Below, in pieces: positions 39,007 to 48,925 of a DNA stretch of 64,000 nt. Both the position numbers and the translations under genes were made by a program. The stretch comes from an uncultured virus (IMG/VR IMGVR_UViG_3300030044_000019) (lineage: Duplodnaviria > Heunggongvirae > Uroviricota > Caudoviricetes). Below the pieces are notes generated by a model, which searched no databases, had not been told where the DNA came from, and saw nothing but the letters and a program-made list of their open reading frames with translations. The stretch spans positions 1 to 64,000 of IMG/VR virus record IMGVR_UViG_3300030044_000019; one strand, written 5' to 3'. Within the stretch, counting starts at the first letter, position 1; the number at the start of each line of letters is the position of its first letter.

Positions 39007-40479
39007 ATGGCAGATGCATTTTCAGCGTTACCTATTAGGACAGAATTAACAGGCCAAGCAGTATATCAAGATGTTATAATTAAACTGGGCGATGCTACTA
39101 ATCCTACTACGCAACAGGCCGCAGTAGACACATTTGGGAGCCAGTTTTCAGTACTTAAAGATATCTCCGGGAACGCCATTGGCGACCAACTTCTGAGTGC
39201 CAGCTACTGGCTCCAAGTGATTACGCCTGCAAATGGTCCAGCTGCGCCAGGAACGGCCTCGGCATTTTCCGTGCTTGCCGGTGGTATTTACAATTCTACA
39301 CCAGAAACACTGACAAACGGGCAGCAATCCGCTCTTCAGTTGGATTCTGCTGGTAGATTACTTGTCGATGCTGCCATTACTTTTCCTTACGATGAAAACT
39401 ATGGAACGGTCGGCGCCAACACTCTCAGAACTGCTGCGCAGATTGGCAATGCTACGGGTGCTGCCAATTTCAACTATGGCACGGTGGGTGCACAAACTTT
39501 AAGAACTGCTTCTCAAATTGGCAATGCTACTGGAGCTGCTGACTTCGGTGCTGGCGCTACTGATGCTCAGACCCTTAGAGTGTCAGCTAACCAAGGGACG
39601 GCTGCTTCTCTCTCTGGTGCGTGGCCGATGGAGATCACGGATGGCACTAACGGCCCAGTTGCAGTAACTCCAGCCTCAACTGCCGCTACAGCTACTGAAC
39701 CCGCGCTGGTAGTCGCTTTTTCTCCTAATAGTCCTTTGCCTACTGGTTCCAACGTAATTGGTTCTGTAAATCAAGGAACTTCTCCTTGGATTACCAAAGA
39801 TCAGTCAGATGGTCCAGTCACTCCTGGAACAGTAGCTTCCTTCTCGCAATTAGCTGGTGGTCAGTATAACTCGACTCCACCTACTTTAACCACCGGTCAA
39901 CAAGCTGCGTTGCAAGTAGATTCTGCTGGCAGATTGTTGGTAGACGCCGCTGTAGTATTTCCTTATGATGAAAACTATGGTACAGTTGGCGCAACGACTC
40001 TAAGAACTGCTGCCCAAATAGGTAATGCTGCAGGCGCTGCAGATTTTAATAATGGAGCAACTGGAGCCCAAACTCTAAGAGTGGCCGCGAATCTGGCAAT
40101 AGCCGGGGCTAACGTAACTAATACTAATCCGGTTCCTGTATCGGTGGTGTCAACTACTCCCGGCACGGCGATTCAGGATTACCATACCGCTACTGTGGCC
40201 GCTGGAGCTTCGACGACCTTTACATATACCGTAGTAGCTACCCATACTTTCAATTTGGAAAGAATTTGGGCTTCGGCATCTGGTAAAATTAAAGCGCTTG
40301 TGCAAAATAACGGAACCACTATCTTCGTGGGATTTAATAGTACGGCTAATCCAAATATTGACATCACTGTAATCGCTCCTCCGACCATCGCGGCAGGTAA
40401 CACTGTAACCGTTACCGTTACTAACACAGACTTATTGGCTTTTGATGTGTATGCAACCATTGAAGGAAATCAGAACTGA
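39007..40479 (+). CDS. repeat-rich fibre/appendage protein
   Basis: Repeated GG.YNST..TLT.GQQ.ALQ.DS.GRL and YDENYGTVGA.TLRTAAQIGNA.GAA modules. Confidence 0.6.
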   Translation: MADAFSALPIRTELTGQAVYQDVIIKLGDATNPTTQQAAVDTFGSQFSVLKDISGNAIGDQLLSASYWLQVITPANGPAAPGTASAFSVLAGGIYNSTPETLTNGQQSALQLDSAGRLLVDAAITFPYDENYGTVGANTLRTAAQIGNATGAANFNYGTVGAQTLRTASQIGNATGAADFGAGATDAQTLRVSANQGTAASLSGAWPMEITDGTNGPVAVTPASTAATATEPALVVAFSPNSPLPTGSNVIGSVNQGTSPWITKDQSDGPVTPGTVASFSQLAGGQYNSTPPTLTTGQQAALQVDSAGRLLVDAAVVFPYDENYGTVGATTLRTAAQIGNAAGAADFNNGATGAQTLRVAANLAIAGANVTNTNPVPVSVVSTTPGTAIQDYHTATVAAGASTTFTYTVVATHTFNLERIWASASGKIKALVQNNGTTIFVGFNSTANPNIDITVIAPPTIAAGNTVTVTVTNTDLLAFDVYATIEGNQN

Positions 40480-40582
40480 TAACTAGTTATTTTTACTAAA
40501 GAATGGCCCAATTAGGTGTTTACATCTAATTGGGCTTACTATTTTAAGAACTAGATACTGATACATATGATATAAGGACAGT

Positions 40583-43500
40583 ATGGCAGATTTAGTGTCA
40601 GTACAAGAAGGTCTACCCATAAGAATCACTGGGGTTTCCTCCACGGGGGGGATTCCTGACAACTTCGCCGATGTTAATTCGAGCGGAAGTTTGCAAGTTG
40701 CGGGCCAAGGAGTGGCTGGTACTCCTGCGGGCGGCGTAGTTTCCATTCAAGGCGTCGCCAGCGGTACGGCTGTTCCAGTAAGTCAGTCAACTTCTCCGTG
40801 GGTAACAAAAGATCAAGCTGATGGACCTGTCACTCCCGGCACCGCAGCTAGTTTCTCTCAGCTCATTGGTGGTCAATACAATTCTACGTTGCCTACGCTA
40901 ACTACCGGTCAGCAATCGGCTTTACAACTTACTTCAACTGGTGCATTAATTACCACGGGAGCTGTTACACTTCCTTACGATGAAAATTATGGTACAGTTG
41001 GAGCAAATACTTTAAGAGTTGCTGCGCAGATTGGCAATGCGACCGGGGCTGCTAGTTTTGGGAGTGGGGTTACTGGGGCGCAAACTCTTAGGGTAGCAGC
41101 CAACACATATGATGGTTCCGGCAATGCAATCAGTTCACAAACTTTATCCACCAACCAATGGTTAGACGTTGTAATACCTTCTATTGGTCCAACTGCGCCC
41201 GGTACAGCGGCTAGTTTTTCCGATCTTGTTGGCGGACAATACAACACAGCTTTTCCAACTTTAACCAATACTCAACAATCGGCTATTCAAGTAGATGTAA
41301 GTGGCAGAGTTATAGAAGCTCCGTTATTCCAAACAGTTGCGGCCACTTTTACCAGTAATGGGAATAGTTTGGCCGTAAATGGGGGCGGTTCTGTTTTCAT
41401 AAATATAAGCGGAACATGGGTTGGGAGCATTGCTCTAATCGGTTACATAGGGGGCGTTGGATACAACATTCCTTATACAACTTTAGGATCTAATACCGGT
41501 ACTTATACGGTAAGCAATATTACCGGGAGTGGGGCTTATCAAGTCTTGGCCCCAGCAGGATACACAAATGTTGAACTGATTGTTCAGTCATGGACCTCAG
41601 GTTCGGCTGCTATAACAATGAATAGTGGCGTCGCGTCCTCTAACATAGAGGCCGTTCAACTAAATCAAGCAAATTTGTTAGCTACTGTTTATCAAGGCGC
41701 GTCTCCTTGGACTACTTCAGATGCGGCTGATGGTCCTGTATCGCCAGGAACCGCTGCTACAAAATCAATCCTCACTGGAGGACAGTACAATTCTACGTTA
41801 CCTACTCTAACTACCGGTCAGCAATCGGCTATCCAGTTGGATTCTTCGGGGCGTATAATTAATGGTGGGCTAATTCAAACTGTCACGGGAACTATTACTG
41901 CGGGCGGTCAAAACGTAACGGCGTTTAGCGGCGGATCTGTTTTAATAGAAGTTTCTGGAACATGGGTCGGAACTTTAGAGATAAGCGGCGGTATAGGTAG
42001 TTCTGCTTTTGGAGTTTTTGTAGCAAATACAAATGGAGCCACTCCTCTCGCCTACACATACTCAACAATTACCACCACTGGCCTATATAAAGTGATGATG
42101 CCAGCAGCTTTCTCAACTATAGTTGTTGAAGCTCTGAGTTGGACTTCGGGAACAGCCACTATAACTATCAATAGTGGCGCGGCAGCCGATGTGGTAGAAG
42201 CCACCCAGCTTAATCAGGCTAATTTATTGGCTACCGTGTACCAAGGCGGAAGTTGGTCAGTTACTGCGACCAATCCGTCTGTAACGTTTATCGGCAATCC
42301 TCCTCCCTCAGAAGCCACTTATATAGCCGGATCAGTTACCACTACGGCACCTACATACACAACTGGGGAACTGGAAGGTCTCTCTCTAACTACGGCTGGT
42401 GCATTGCGAGTTGACGGATCTGGAGTTACCCAACCTGTATCTGGCACGGTTACGGCGAATCAAGGAACAGCCAACGCTACTCCCTGGAATATAAACGTAG
42501 CTGATTTTGGCGGAAGTGCTATCGTGACTGGAACGGGAGCTTCTGGTGCAGGTATTCCTCGTGTTACTGTATCAAATGACTCTAATATACTAGCAACACA
42601 AAGCGGAACATGGACGGTGCAGCCAGGAAACACGGCGAATACTACTCCTTGGCTAGTTACAGATTCTTCCGATGGACCTGTCACTCCAGGAACAGTAGCC
42701 ACAAAGTCTAGCCTAGCTGGGGGACAATATAATTCCTTACTGCCCACTCTGACTACAGGGCAACAGGCTGCGTTGCAAGTAGATTCTAGCGGTAGATTAC
42801 TGACGATCGCAAATGCATCTAATTTTCCCACTACCGTTGATACTAACTATGGCACCGTTGGAGCAAGTACACTTAGAACCGCTTCTCAAATCGGTAACGC
42901 GACTGGTGCTGCTGCATTCGGAGCAGGTACCACTACTGCTCAGGTACTGCGAGTTGTACTACCAACAGATCAAACCGCGATACCAGCAAGCCAATCTGGA
43001 ACATGGACTGTTCAACAGGGAACTCCACCTTGGACTGTTCAAGGAGATTCAGCTAGCGGAGCGGCTAAAGCAGGAAATCCGGTACAAATTGGTGGCGTAT
43101 TCAATACTACTCAACCAACAGTAACGACTGGTGAAACTGTTGAAGCTCAATCTACTGCGAGAGGCGCTTTGATTGTTTCGACAGGCGTAGACAATTTCAA
43201 TATAGATAATATTACAGGCACAGTATCTCTTCCTACCGGTGCGGCCACCGCTGCGAATCAGGCTACGGAAATAACTTCCTTACAGTTAATTGACAACATA
43301 GTTGGTTCCGGCCCAGGCGCTGGGACTGCCGGAACCGGTTCTGCGCTTGTTGGGGGCGTTTTCAATACTACTCTTCCTACCCTGACAAATGGAGAACAAG
43401 CTGGATTACAAGTGACAGCATCTGGCTTCTTATTGACAGAATCTGCGCCGGTCGATGGCTTAAAAGCAACGTACTCGGCTACTTCTGCAATTGGTTTTGC

Positions 43501-43957
43501 CTCCGCCACCGCTGCAACAGACATTTTTACCATTACCGGTTCGGCCACCAAAACTATAAGAATTCTGAGAGTTGGGTTCAGCGCTCAAGTAACTACAGCC
43601 GGAGTAGTAAATATTTTACTCATAAAGAAATCTGCGGCAAACTCTGGTGGCACTTCTGCAGCGGCTACAGCCGTACCCCATGATAGTAGTGATGCTGCTG
43701 CAACTGCTACTGTATTGAACTATACTGCTAATCCTACTACATTGGGCGCAGCTGTGGGTACCGTAAGAGCAGCAAGAATGTTTATCCCTACCTCAGGAAC
43801 TGACATCGCCGACTTTGTAAATGAATGGGATTTTGGTTATTTGCCAGAAAAATGTGTCGTTCTAAGAGGCACTACACAGGTGCTATCCATTAATCTAAAC
43901 GCTACCACGGTTGCGGGCGGTACATGGACTTGCTACGTGGAATGGACTGAGGAGTGA
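40583..43957 (+). CDS. large repeat-rich fibre/appendage protein
   Basis: Same modules as 39007-40479 plus duplicated GGSV.I..SGTWVG beta domains. Confidence 0.6.
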   Translation: MADLVSVQEGLPIRITGVSSTGGIPDNFADVNSSGSLQVAGQGVAGTPAGGVVSIQGVASGTAVPVSQSTSPWVTKDQADGPVTPGTAASFSQLIGGQYNSTLPTLTTGQQSALQLTSTGALITTGAVTLPYDENYGTVGANTLRVAAQIGNATGAASFGSGVTGAQTLRVAANTYDGSGNAISSQTLSTNQWLDVVIPSIGPTAPGTAASFSDLVGGQYNTAFPTLTNTQQSAIQVDVSGRVIEAPLFQTVAATFTSNGNSLAVNGGGSVFINISGTWVGSIALIGYIGGVGYNIPYTTLGSNTGTYTVSNITGSGAYQVLAPAGYTNVELIVQSWTSGSAAITMNSGVASSNIEAVQLNQANLLATVYQGASPWTTSDAADGPVSPGTAATKSILTGGQYNSTLPTLTTGQQSAIQLDSSGRIINGGLIQTVTGTITAGGQNVTAFSGGSVLIEVSGTWVGTLEISGGIGSSAFGVFVANTNGATPLAYTYSTITTTGLYKVMMPAAFSTIVVEALSWTSGTATITINSGAAADVVEATQLNQANLLATVYQGGSWSVTATNPSVTFIGNPPPSEATYIAGSVTTTAPTYTTGELEGLSLTTAGALRVDGSGVTQPVSGTVTANQGTANATPWNINVADFGGSAIVTGTGASGAGIPRVTVSNDSNILATQSGTWTVQPGNTANTTPWLVTDSSDGPVTPGTVATKSSLAGGQYNSLLPTLTTGQQAALQVDSSGRLLTIANASNFPTTVDTNYGTVGASTLRTASQIGNATGAAAFGAGTTTAQVLRVVLPTDQTAIPASQSGTWTVQQGTPPWTVQGDSASGAAKAGNPVQIGGVFNTTQPTVTTGETVEAQSTARGALIVSTGVDNFNIDNITGTVSLPTGAATAANQATEITSLQLIDNIVGSGPGAGTAGTGSALVGGVFNTTLPTLTNGEQAGLQVTASGFLLTESAPVDGLKATYSATSAIGFASATAATDIFTITGSATKTIRILRVGFSAQVTTAGVVNILLIKKSAANSGGTSAAATAVPHDSSDAAATATVLNYTANPTTLGAAVGTVRAARMFIPTSGTDIADFVNEWDFGYLPEKCVVLRGTTQVLSINLNATTVAGGTWTCYVEWTEE

Positions 43958-43958
43958 T

Positions 43959-44765
43959 ATGCAAATTAATCTAGGTTGGTCAGATATTAAAGCATTTGTA
44001 GTTGCTAGAAATTTGTGCATTCAATACGTCATAGCAAATAATACCTACTATCTCTTTGCTTCAGACGGTCCAATGGAAGTGACGGCACAGATCCCAATGG
44101 ACGGCTCTGATTCCACCGATCAAACAGATTTTGAAACAAACTACATGCCCACAGCTAACAAGCCGTTGCTTCCTTCCTTGACTACGGTTACTACGCAATT
44201 TGAATTCAACAATAAAGACCTAAAGATAGCGTGTACTTCTGCAGAGCTTCCAAACGATGGTGCCACTACAAGCGCTATCGCATCCATAAAGTGCCCCGGA
44301 ACTTTTGGGACTGGATTGGGACGTTATATTGCTGGTGGTTATGGAATCACGGAAGATTATAATAAGGACGATCGTGCTTTGTTATATGTAAATGATGACG
44401 ATCGGTGTGTTGCTTGGGCATTGGCTTTGGCATCCAATCCCAGCGCTACCGCTCCTTTGAGCGATGCTACAGTTATAGCGCTAGGCACTCTTCCAGCTCC
44501 TTTCAATCAAGCATTCCCTCTTTATCCAGTTATAAAGACTTATTACGACGATCAAGCTCCTTCGGATAATCAAGGGTGGTACTTTTGGGCAGAGGCACAG
44601 GGAGATGGTTTACCTCCAATAGGAGAAACTGAGCTTGAGCCTATCGCTGGATATGCATTTCTTCCTTCTGGCTTTTATTTAAAAATTAAATACATTCGTC
44701 CGGCAGGAGTATTTACTGGTGGTATTAGAGTTAACTTAGACTGGGGAATTCCAGCAGCTACATAA
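43959..44765 (+). CDS. virion structural protein
   Basis: GGAG RBS; DFE.NY...AN motif; follows the fibre gene. Confidence 0.5.
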   Translation: MQINLGWSDIKAFVVARNLCIQYVIANNTYYLFASDGPMEVTAQIPMDGSDSTDQTDFETNYMPTANKPLLPSLTTVTTQFEFNNKDLKIACTSAELPNDGATTSAIASIKCPGTFGTGLGRYIAGGYGITEDYNKDDRALLYVNDDDRCVAWALALASNPSATAPLSDATVIALGTLPAPFNQAFPLYPVIKTYYDDQAPSDNQGWYFWAEAQGDGLPPIGETELEPIAGYAFLPSGFYLKIKYIRPAGVFTGGIRVNLDWGIPAAT

Positions 44766-44778
44766 GTCGGGGTACAAT

Positions 44779-45330
44779 ATGGATAATGCACAATATGGCT
44801 ACGTTTGCTTTGCCTATACCAAAAATAAATGGTATGATTGGTGCATATCCAAACTAACTGGATCTAAATGGTCTCATTCCTTTTTTACCTGTCCCCCAAT
44901 GCTCGGTAAAGAAATGCTCATGGAAGCTTGCGGTGGAGGAGTCAGCGTTAGTTCTTTTGACATTGGCTATAGAAACAATGTGAATCAGGCCTATGAAGTT
45001 TATCAACTTAAAATAGATCGAGCTACTATAGATTCTTCTATTAAAAACCAAATAAAGGAGCTTGAGGATTCTTATGCATTTTTGGCTTATCCTTGGTTTA
45101 TGTGGCGCTATTTAAATAGATTTTTGGGAAGAGATATTAAAGCAAAAGATAATTGGTATCAAAGTCAAACGACAAGAATTTGCTCTCAATTCTTGCGAGA
45201 ATTTATAGAAGGCTGCGGTTTCAAATCATTATTCGATGGATACGGTCTAGGATCAGCATCGCCACAAGACATATATACCCTGGTCCTGTCCAGGCCAGAC
45301 TTATTTGAACTTATTGAATCTAAATCTTAG
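44779..45330 (+). CDS. permuted papain-like NlpC/P60 (YiiX/YebB-like) protein
   Basis: I..LT.SKWSH near the N-terminus; ICSQF near the C-terminus; SPQD. Confidence 0.65.
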   Translation: MDNAQYGYVCFAYTKNKWYDWCISKLTGSKWSHSFFTCPPMLGKEMLMEACGGGVSVSSFDIGYRNNVNQAYEVYQLKIDRATIDSSIKNQIKELEDSYAFLAYPWFMWRYLNRFLGRDIKAKDNWYQSQTTRICSQFLREFIEGCGFKSLFDGYGLGSASPQDIYTLVLSRPDLFELIESKS

Positions 45331-45713
45331 GGGTGTAATAGGCGACTAGCCATCCAGCCAGCCCCAATAACTGTCACGGCACCCGCAGCAAAAAACAACC
45401 AATCATTATGCTTTTGGGTAGCATCGATCTTTTGCAAACGATCCTCAAGTCCCTGGCTAGTAGTAGACCACAGCGTAGCGCGATCATCTGAAGCCTTTAG
45501 AGCCAAGTCTTTGAGTTGAATAGCCCCGTTCAGATCTTGTATTTGTTGATCTTTTACTGCAGAAGCTTGAACAAGTTGTCCCACGCACAAGTGAAGATCT
45601 TGGGAATATTCGAAGCCTCCATCATCAAGTGGTTTAATCTTAGACCAATCACAATCGGCTAATGCTACTTGACTAGTAAACGCAAGTAAGAGTAATCCAA
45701 TAAATATTCTCAT
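45327..45713 (-). CDS. exported coiled-coil membrane protein (spanin-like candidate)
   Basis: Sec signal peptide, coiled coil, C-terminal TM. Confidence 0.45.
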   Translation of the reverse strand: MRIFIGLLLLAFTSQVALADCDWSKIKPLDDGGFEYSQDLHLCVGQLVQASAVKDQQIQDLNGAIQLKDLALKASDDRATLWSTTSQGLEDRLQKIDATQKHNDWLFFAAGAVTVIGAGWMASRLLHP

Positions 45714-46060
45714 TTTTTATCCTTATACCAGTCTACTGTAACCGGTTGTTCTGTTTTAGGAAGATCTTGAGCTTGTTCGACTAAAGCATTTGACTGGGCA
45801 TCGTCTTTATTTTCTTTCAAGTCCAAAGAAGCGCTCTTTTTTTGAGCCCCTTGAAAGAAACGCTTAGAAGAATTCAACAAAAAACTCACAAGAAGCTCTC
45901 TAAACTTTAAAGTGAGGATCAAAGCTCCAAAAACGATTAAGAACCCTTTATAATCCTTCCATAGCTCGGATAGGTCCTTGGAGGCCTTGGCTTTGAAATT
46001 AGCCACGAACGATTTGAGGCCTGAGACCAAAGATTTCAATTTACTTAGCATTTGAGTCAT
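45710..46060 (-). CDS. single-TM protein (lysis accessory candidate)
   Basis: TM GFLIVFGALILTL; overlaps neighbours. Confidence 0.45.
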   Translation of the reverse strand: MTQMLSKLKSLVSGLKSFVANFKAKASKDLSELWKDYKGFLIVFGALILTLKFRELLVSFLLNSSKRFFQGAQKKSASLDLKENKDDAQSNALVEQAQDLPKTEQPVTVDWYKDKK

Positions 46061-46319
46061 CTCCTACCGAACTATCAGTCTCTTGGACCTGTTTGCCACT
46101 TTTAGAGTCGGCGTATGAGGTGACAGCCATTTTAAGGTGCTCCATACTGTTAGATGCTAGAAACCCCAAAGTGGTGGCTTTTAGCAGATCTGTGAACTGT
46201 GCACCGTCTAGATAGTCATGGAGCCTAAACACCACGGCAATTGAGATGAGAGCTGCCATTATAAGGAATTTACGCAAACCTAGGATTACACTTGTGATTT
46301 CTTGAATTTTTTGAAACAT
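46041..46319 (-). CDS. holin-like protein
   Basis: 92 aa, GLRKF followed by two hydrophobic helices. Confidence 0.5.
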   Translation of the reverse strand: MFQKIQEITSVILGLRKFLIMAALISIAVVFRLHDYLDGAQFTDLLKATTLGFLASNSMEHLKMAVTSYADSKSGKQVQETDSSVGDDSNAK

Positions 46320-46380
46320 ATCAACCTCTTATTATGTTTATATCATATAATACAACAATCTTTAATAAGAGGATTGAAGT

Positions 46381-46755
46381 ATGATTCCACTACTAACCTA
46401 TAACACCTTTTTATCCGCACTGGGCTTATTCGCTGCGTTTGTAAGTGTCATCTATACCATCGCCAAGATCGCCAGAGAGATAAGAAAAGCCAATAAAGCC
46501 AGGGCAGATGGCTTTCTGGAAGAAGCCAAGGCTCACGACAACGCTATCAAAATAAAACTAGAAGCCAAAATTAGTGCCCTTGAGATGGATTTAAACAATC
46601 TGAAGGAAAGCGTCTCTAAAGATATCGAGCACATAAAAGAGACACAAGCTAATGAGATCAGGAATCTTTCAGAGAAAATTGACTCTTTGCGTGAAGAAGT
46701 CAAGATGGCTCACAGTAACTTGATTTCTCTACTCACGAGACTCGTGGATAAATAA
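46381..46755 (+). CDS. TM plus coiled-coil protein (holin/antiholin-like)
   Basis: N-terminal TM; late motif at 46356. Confidence 0.45.
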   Translation: MIPLLTYNTFLSALGLFAAFVSVIYTIAKIAREIRKANKARADGFLEEAKAHDNAIKIKLEAKISALEMDLNNLKESVSKDIEHIKETQANEIRNLSEKIDSLREEVKMAHSNLISLLTRLVDK

Positions 46756-47007
46756 TCACTCTTCAAAGAAGCCGTAAGCCCCCACCACCGACTCTAGCTG
46801 CAGCAAATCAAACTCACTCAACTTCAAAGTTACCGCTTCTGGATCACCCATAAACATAACGGTAGTGATCTTGACCGGTCTGTTCTGTACATTGCCATCT
46901 TGGGCTATAACGGCTTTAATATTCATAGCTGAAAGAGTCACGCGAAGATCGTCGGCGGCAGTTTCTCCAAAAGAATTCAAAGTTAAAACACGCATATCGG
47001 GCATCAT
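46756..47007 (-). CDS. hypothetical protein
   Basis: GAGG RBS; TGATATAA upstream. Confidence 0.5.
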   Translation of the reverse strand: MMPDMRVLTLNSFGETAADDLRVTLSAMNIKAVIAQDGNVQNRPVKITTVMFMGDPEAVTLKLSEFDLLQLESVVGAYGFFEE

Positions 47008-47428
47008 AGTGGGTTCCTCTGATGTGTTATATCATAACTCGGGATAAATATACAAACCACAATGATAACAAGCCCATCCATACCCAACTTGCACAAAATC
47101 ACTTTTGGAACAATGGCTACATTTAAAATCGACGGTATTAGTTTTAATGAGTTTTAAAGTCATCTAGTTAAAGTTAGTATATAGTTTGTCTAAATTAGAC
47201 TGGATGTGCCTATGCTTTCTACTTATATACTTCCGTCCTTTGAAAAAAATGAGTTTGCACTTAACAGAGCAAAAATCTAAATAACGACCTCCAACTTTTT
47301 GGTTTTTCTTGGGCGATTTCACGCGAATCCAGTGCGGGTTTTCAGTCAGAAAACTAAAATCACTAGCTAGAATTACAGTGCAACGTTCGCATAGGAATCT
47401 GAGTCCACCAGCTGTGCTTTTGAGCATA

Positions 47429-47704
47429 TTAGCTCGCTCTCCTTTTATCGGAGAGATCTTTAGTAAAAGTAAATAGCAAGCTCTTAAAAATACCAAAATG
47501 GGCGGCATTGTGTCCATTTTGGAGAATAGTTTCCACAGCGAATTCAATATCTTCGAGATAGAAATCAAGTTTATCGCACATGTAAAAGCCAATCTCCTTC
47601 AAAGTCCCGTGGAACGCATCTCCGTTCTTAAAATCTAGGACCCATTGATTCTCAAATGCTTCGTAAAGATCGTACCCTGCAGAATTCGACATATTTTTAA
47701 TCAT
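47429..47704 (-). CDS. hypothetical protein
   Basis: GAGGAG RBS. Confidence 0.5.
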   Translation of the reverse strand: MIKNMSNSAGYDLYEAFENQWVLDFKNGDAFHGTLKEIGFYMCDKLDFYLEDIEFAVETILQNGHNAAHFGIFKSLLFTFTKDLSDKRRAS

Positions 47705-47737
47705 ACCGTTCTCCTCTTGATATACAGTAAAACATAC

Positions 47738-48145
47738 TTAACTGGAAAAGTCAACTAGATTTTTCTCTTCTGCTAGTTCCTTAAAAAGATTGGTAAATTC
47801 AAGTTCGACCTTATCGTTTGCCTTTTGGGTTAAAGGACTCTGGTAATTTACCACAGTACACTTAGGATCGATGTTTTTTAATAACACACTATAACGATTA
47901 GAGAATCCTCTGCTACCCTTTTTATATTTTATCAAATCTTTCTTAGCAAGAGAGTTGATCACTTGGGTTACTTTCCTGGGAGACATCTTACAAACTTTAG
48001 CAATAGTTTGCTGCGAAGGGAATATTTGTCCCAAGCCATCTAACGAAAGAAAATAGACTAGAACAAAAACTTCATAGGGATTCAAGCCTAGTTTCATAAA
48101 ACCGTGTGGAATTTTAAAATAATTAGCTACAATTTTATCAGACAT
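47738..48145 (-). CDS. winged helix-turn-helix protein (phage replication-initiator N-terminal type)
   Basis: YFKIP, IFPSQQTIAK.CKMSPRKV...I..L...LI, SNRY. Confidence 0.75.
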   Translation of the reverse strand: MSDKIVANYFKIPHGFMKLGLNPYEVFVLVYFLSLDGLGQIFPSQQTIAKVCKMSPRKVTQVINSLAKKDLIKYKKGSRGFSNRYSVLLKNIDPKCTVVNYQSPLTQKANDKVELEFTNLFKELAEEKNLVDFSS

Positions 48146-48269
48146 TTTTAACACCTCTTGCATACTTGTATCACAACAAAAATCCAAAGTCAATGGTTTT
48201 CATATAGCACTAAATGCTTACCAGTTATCCCCCTCTCCAAGTAAATAACCCAGCAGACGAAAACATTTT

Positions 48270-48307
48270 AAGAGGGAGACAGAAGAGGGAGACAGAAGAG
48301 GGAGACA
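48270..48307. repeat. 13-bp tandem repeat, about 3 copies (AAGAGGGAGACAG)
   Basis: Directly visible in the intergenic region between divergent genes. Confidence 0.9.
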
Positions 48308-48447
48308 CCGCTATATATAGAAGCTATTTCTTTTTCAGGCGTTTTTACTTTGGACACGGCACTAGCCGGCAGCTAATATAAATAAAAGCCGGGAGCATCG
48401 ATCTGTTGATAATTTGTGTCCAGTTTGATTTGTGATATAACATAGGC

Positions 48448-48924
48448 ATGAGTGATAAACCTGAAGCCAAGACCGAGCAAACGCCTTTACCACCTGACTT
48501 GATTCTAAATCCTGATGGAACCGCTGTATTCACGCTACAAGATGAAGGCGAAGTGCTTGGCACATACAAAGGCACGTTTACGTTTAGATGCTTTCTAGAC
48601 CCCTTAGCGACGCTCTCAGCGGGTCGTGTCTATCGTGACCTATTGGGACCTAATCCCCAGGATGCTTCTGAGACAGAAAGATTTTTGGCTTTCAGTCTTT
48701 CTCAACTTCAAAAACGAATTATCAAAGCCCCACCTTTTTGGAATACTGATTCGATGCTGGCAGGCAACATTCCTGACGTGAACATCATCTCTACTGTCCT
48801 AGCCCGCGCCATTGACGCAGAAGTGGCCTACAAGGAACGCCTGAAGGACAAGAAGAAGGAAGCTTTGGAGAAATCGAATGAGGTTATTAATCAAATAAAA
48901 CAAAAAGTTACCGAAGGAGAATGA
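48448..48924 (+). CDS. putative tail assembly chaperone
   Basis: Y.G.FTF, L...I..AP.FW pattern seen in myophage tail chaperones. Confidence 0.45.
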   Translation: MSDKPEAKTEQTPLPPDLILNPDGTAVFTLQDEGEVLGTYKGTFTFRCFLDPLATLSAGRVYRDLLGPNPQDASETERFLAFSLSQLQKRIIKAPPFWNTDSMLAGNIPDVNIISTVLARAIDAEVAYKERLKDKKKEALEKSNEVINQIKQKVTEGE

Positions 48925-48925
48925 A

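Noticed and set aside
40506..40535. Hairpin GCCCAATTAG...CTAATTGGGC as a terminator
   Set aside because: No adjacent U-tract; function unsupported
39007..43957. Diversity-generating retroelement TR/VR pair
   Set aside because: No reverse transcriptase in the window; differences between copies look synonymous rather than adenine-specific
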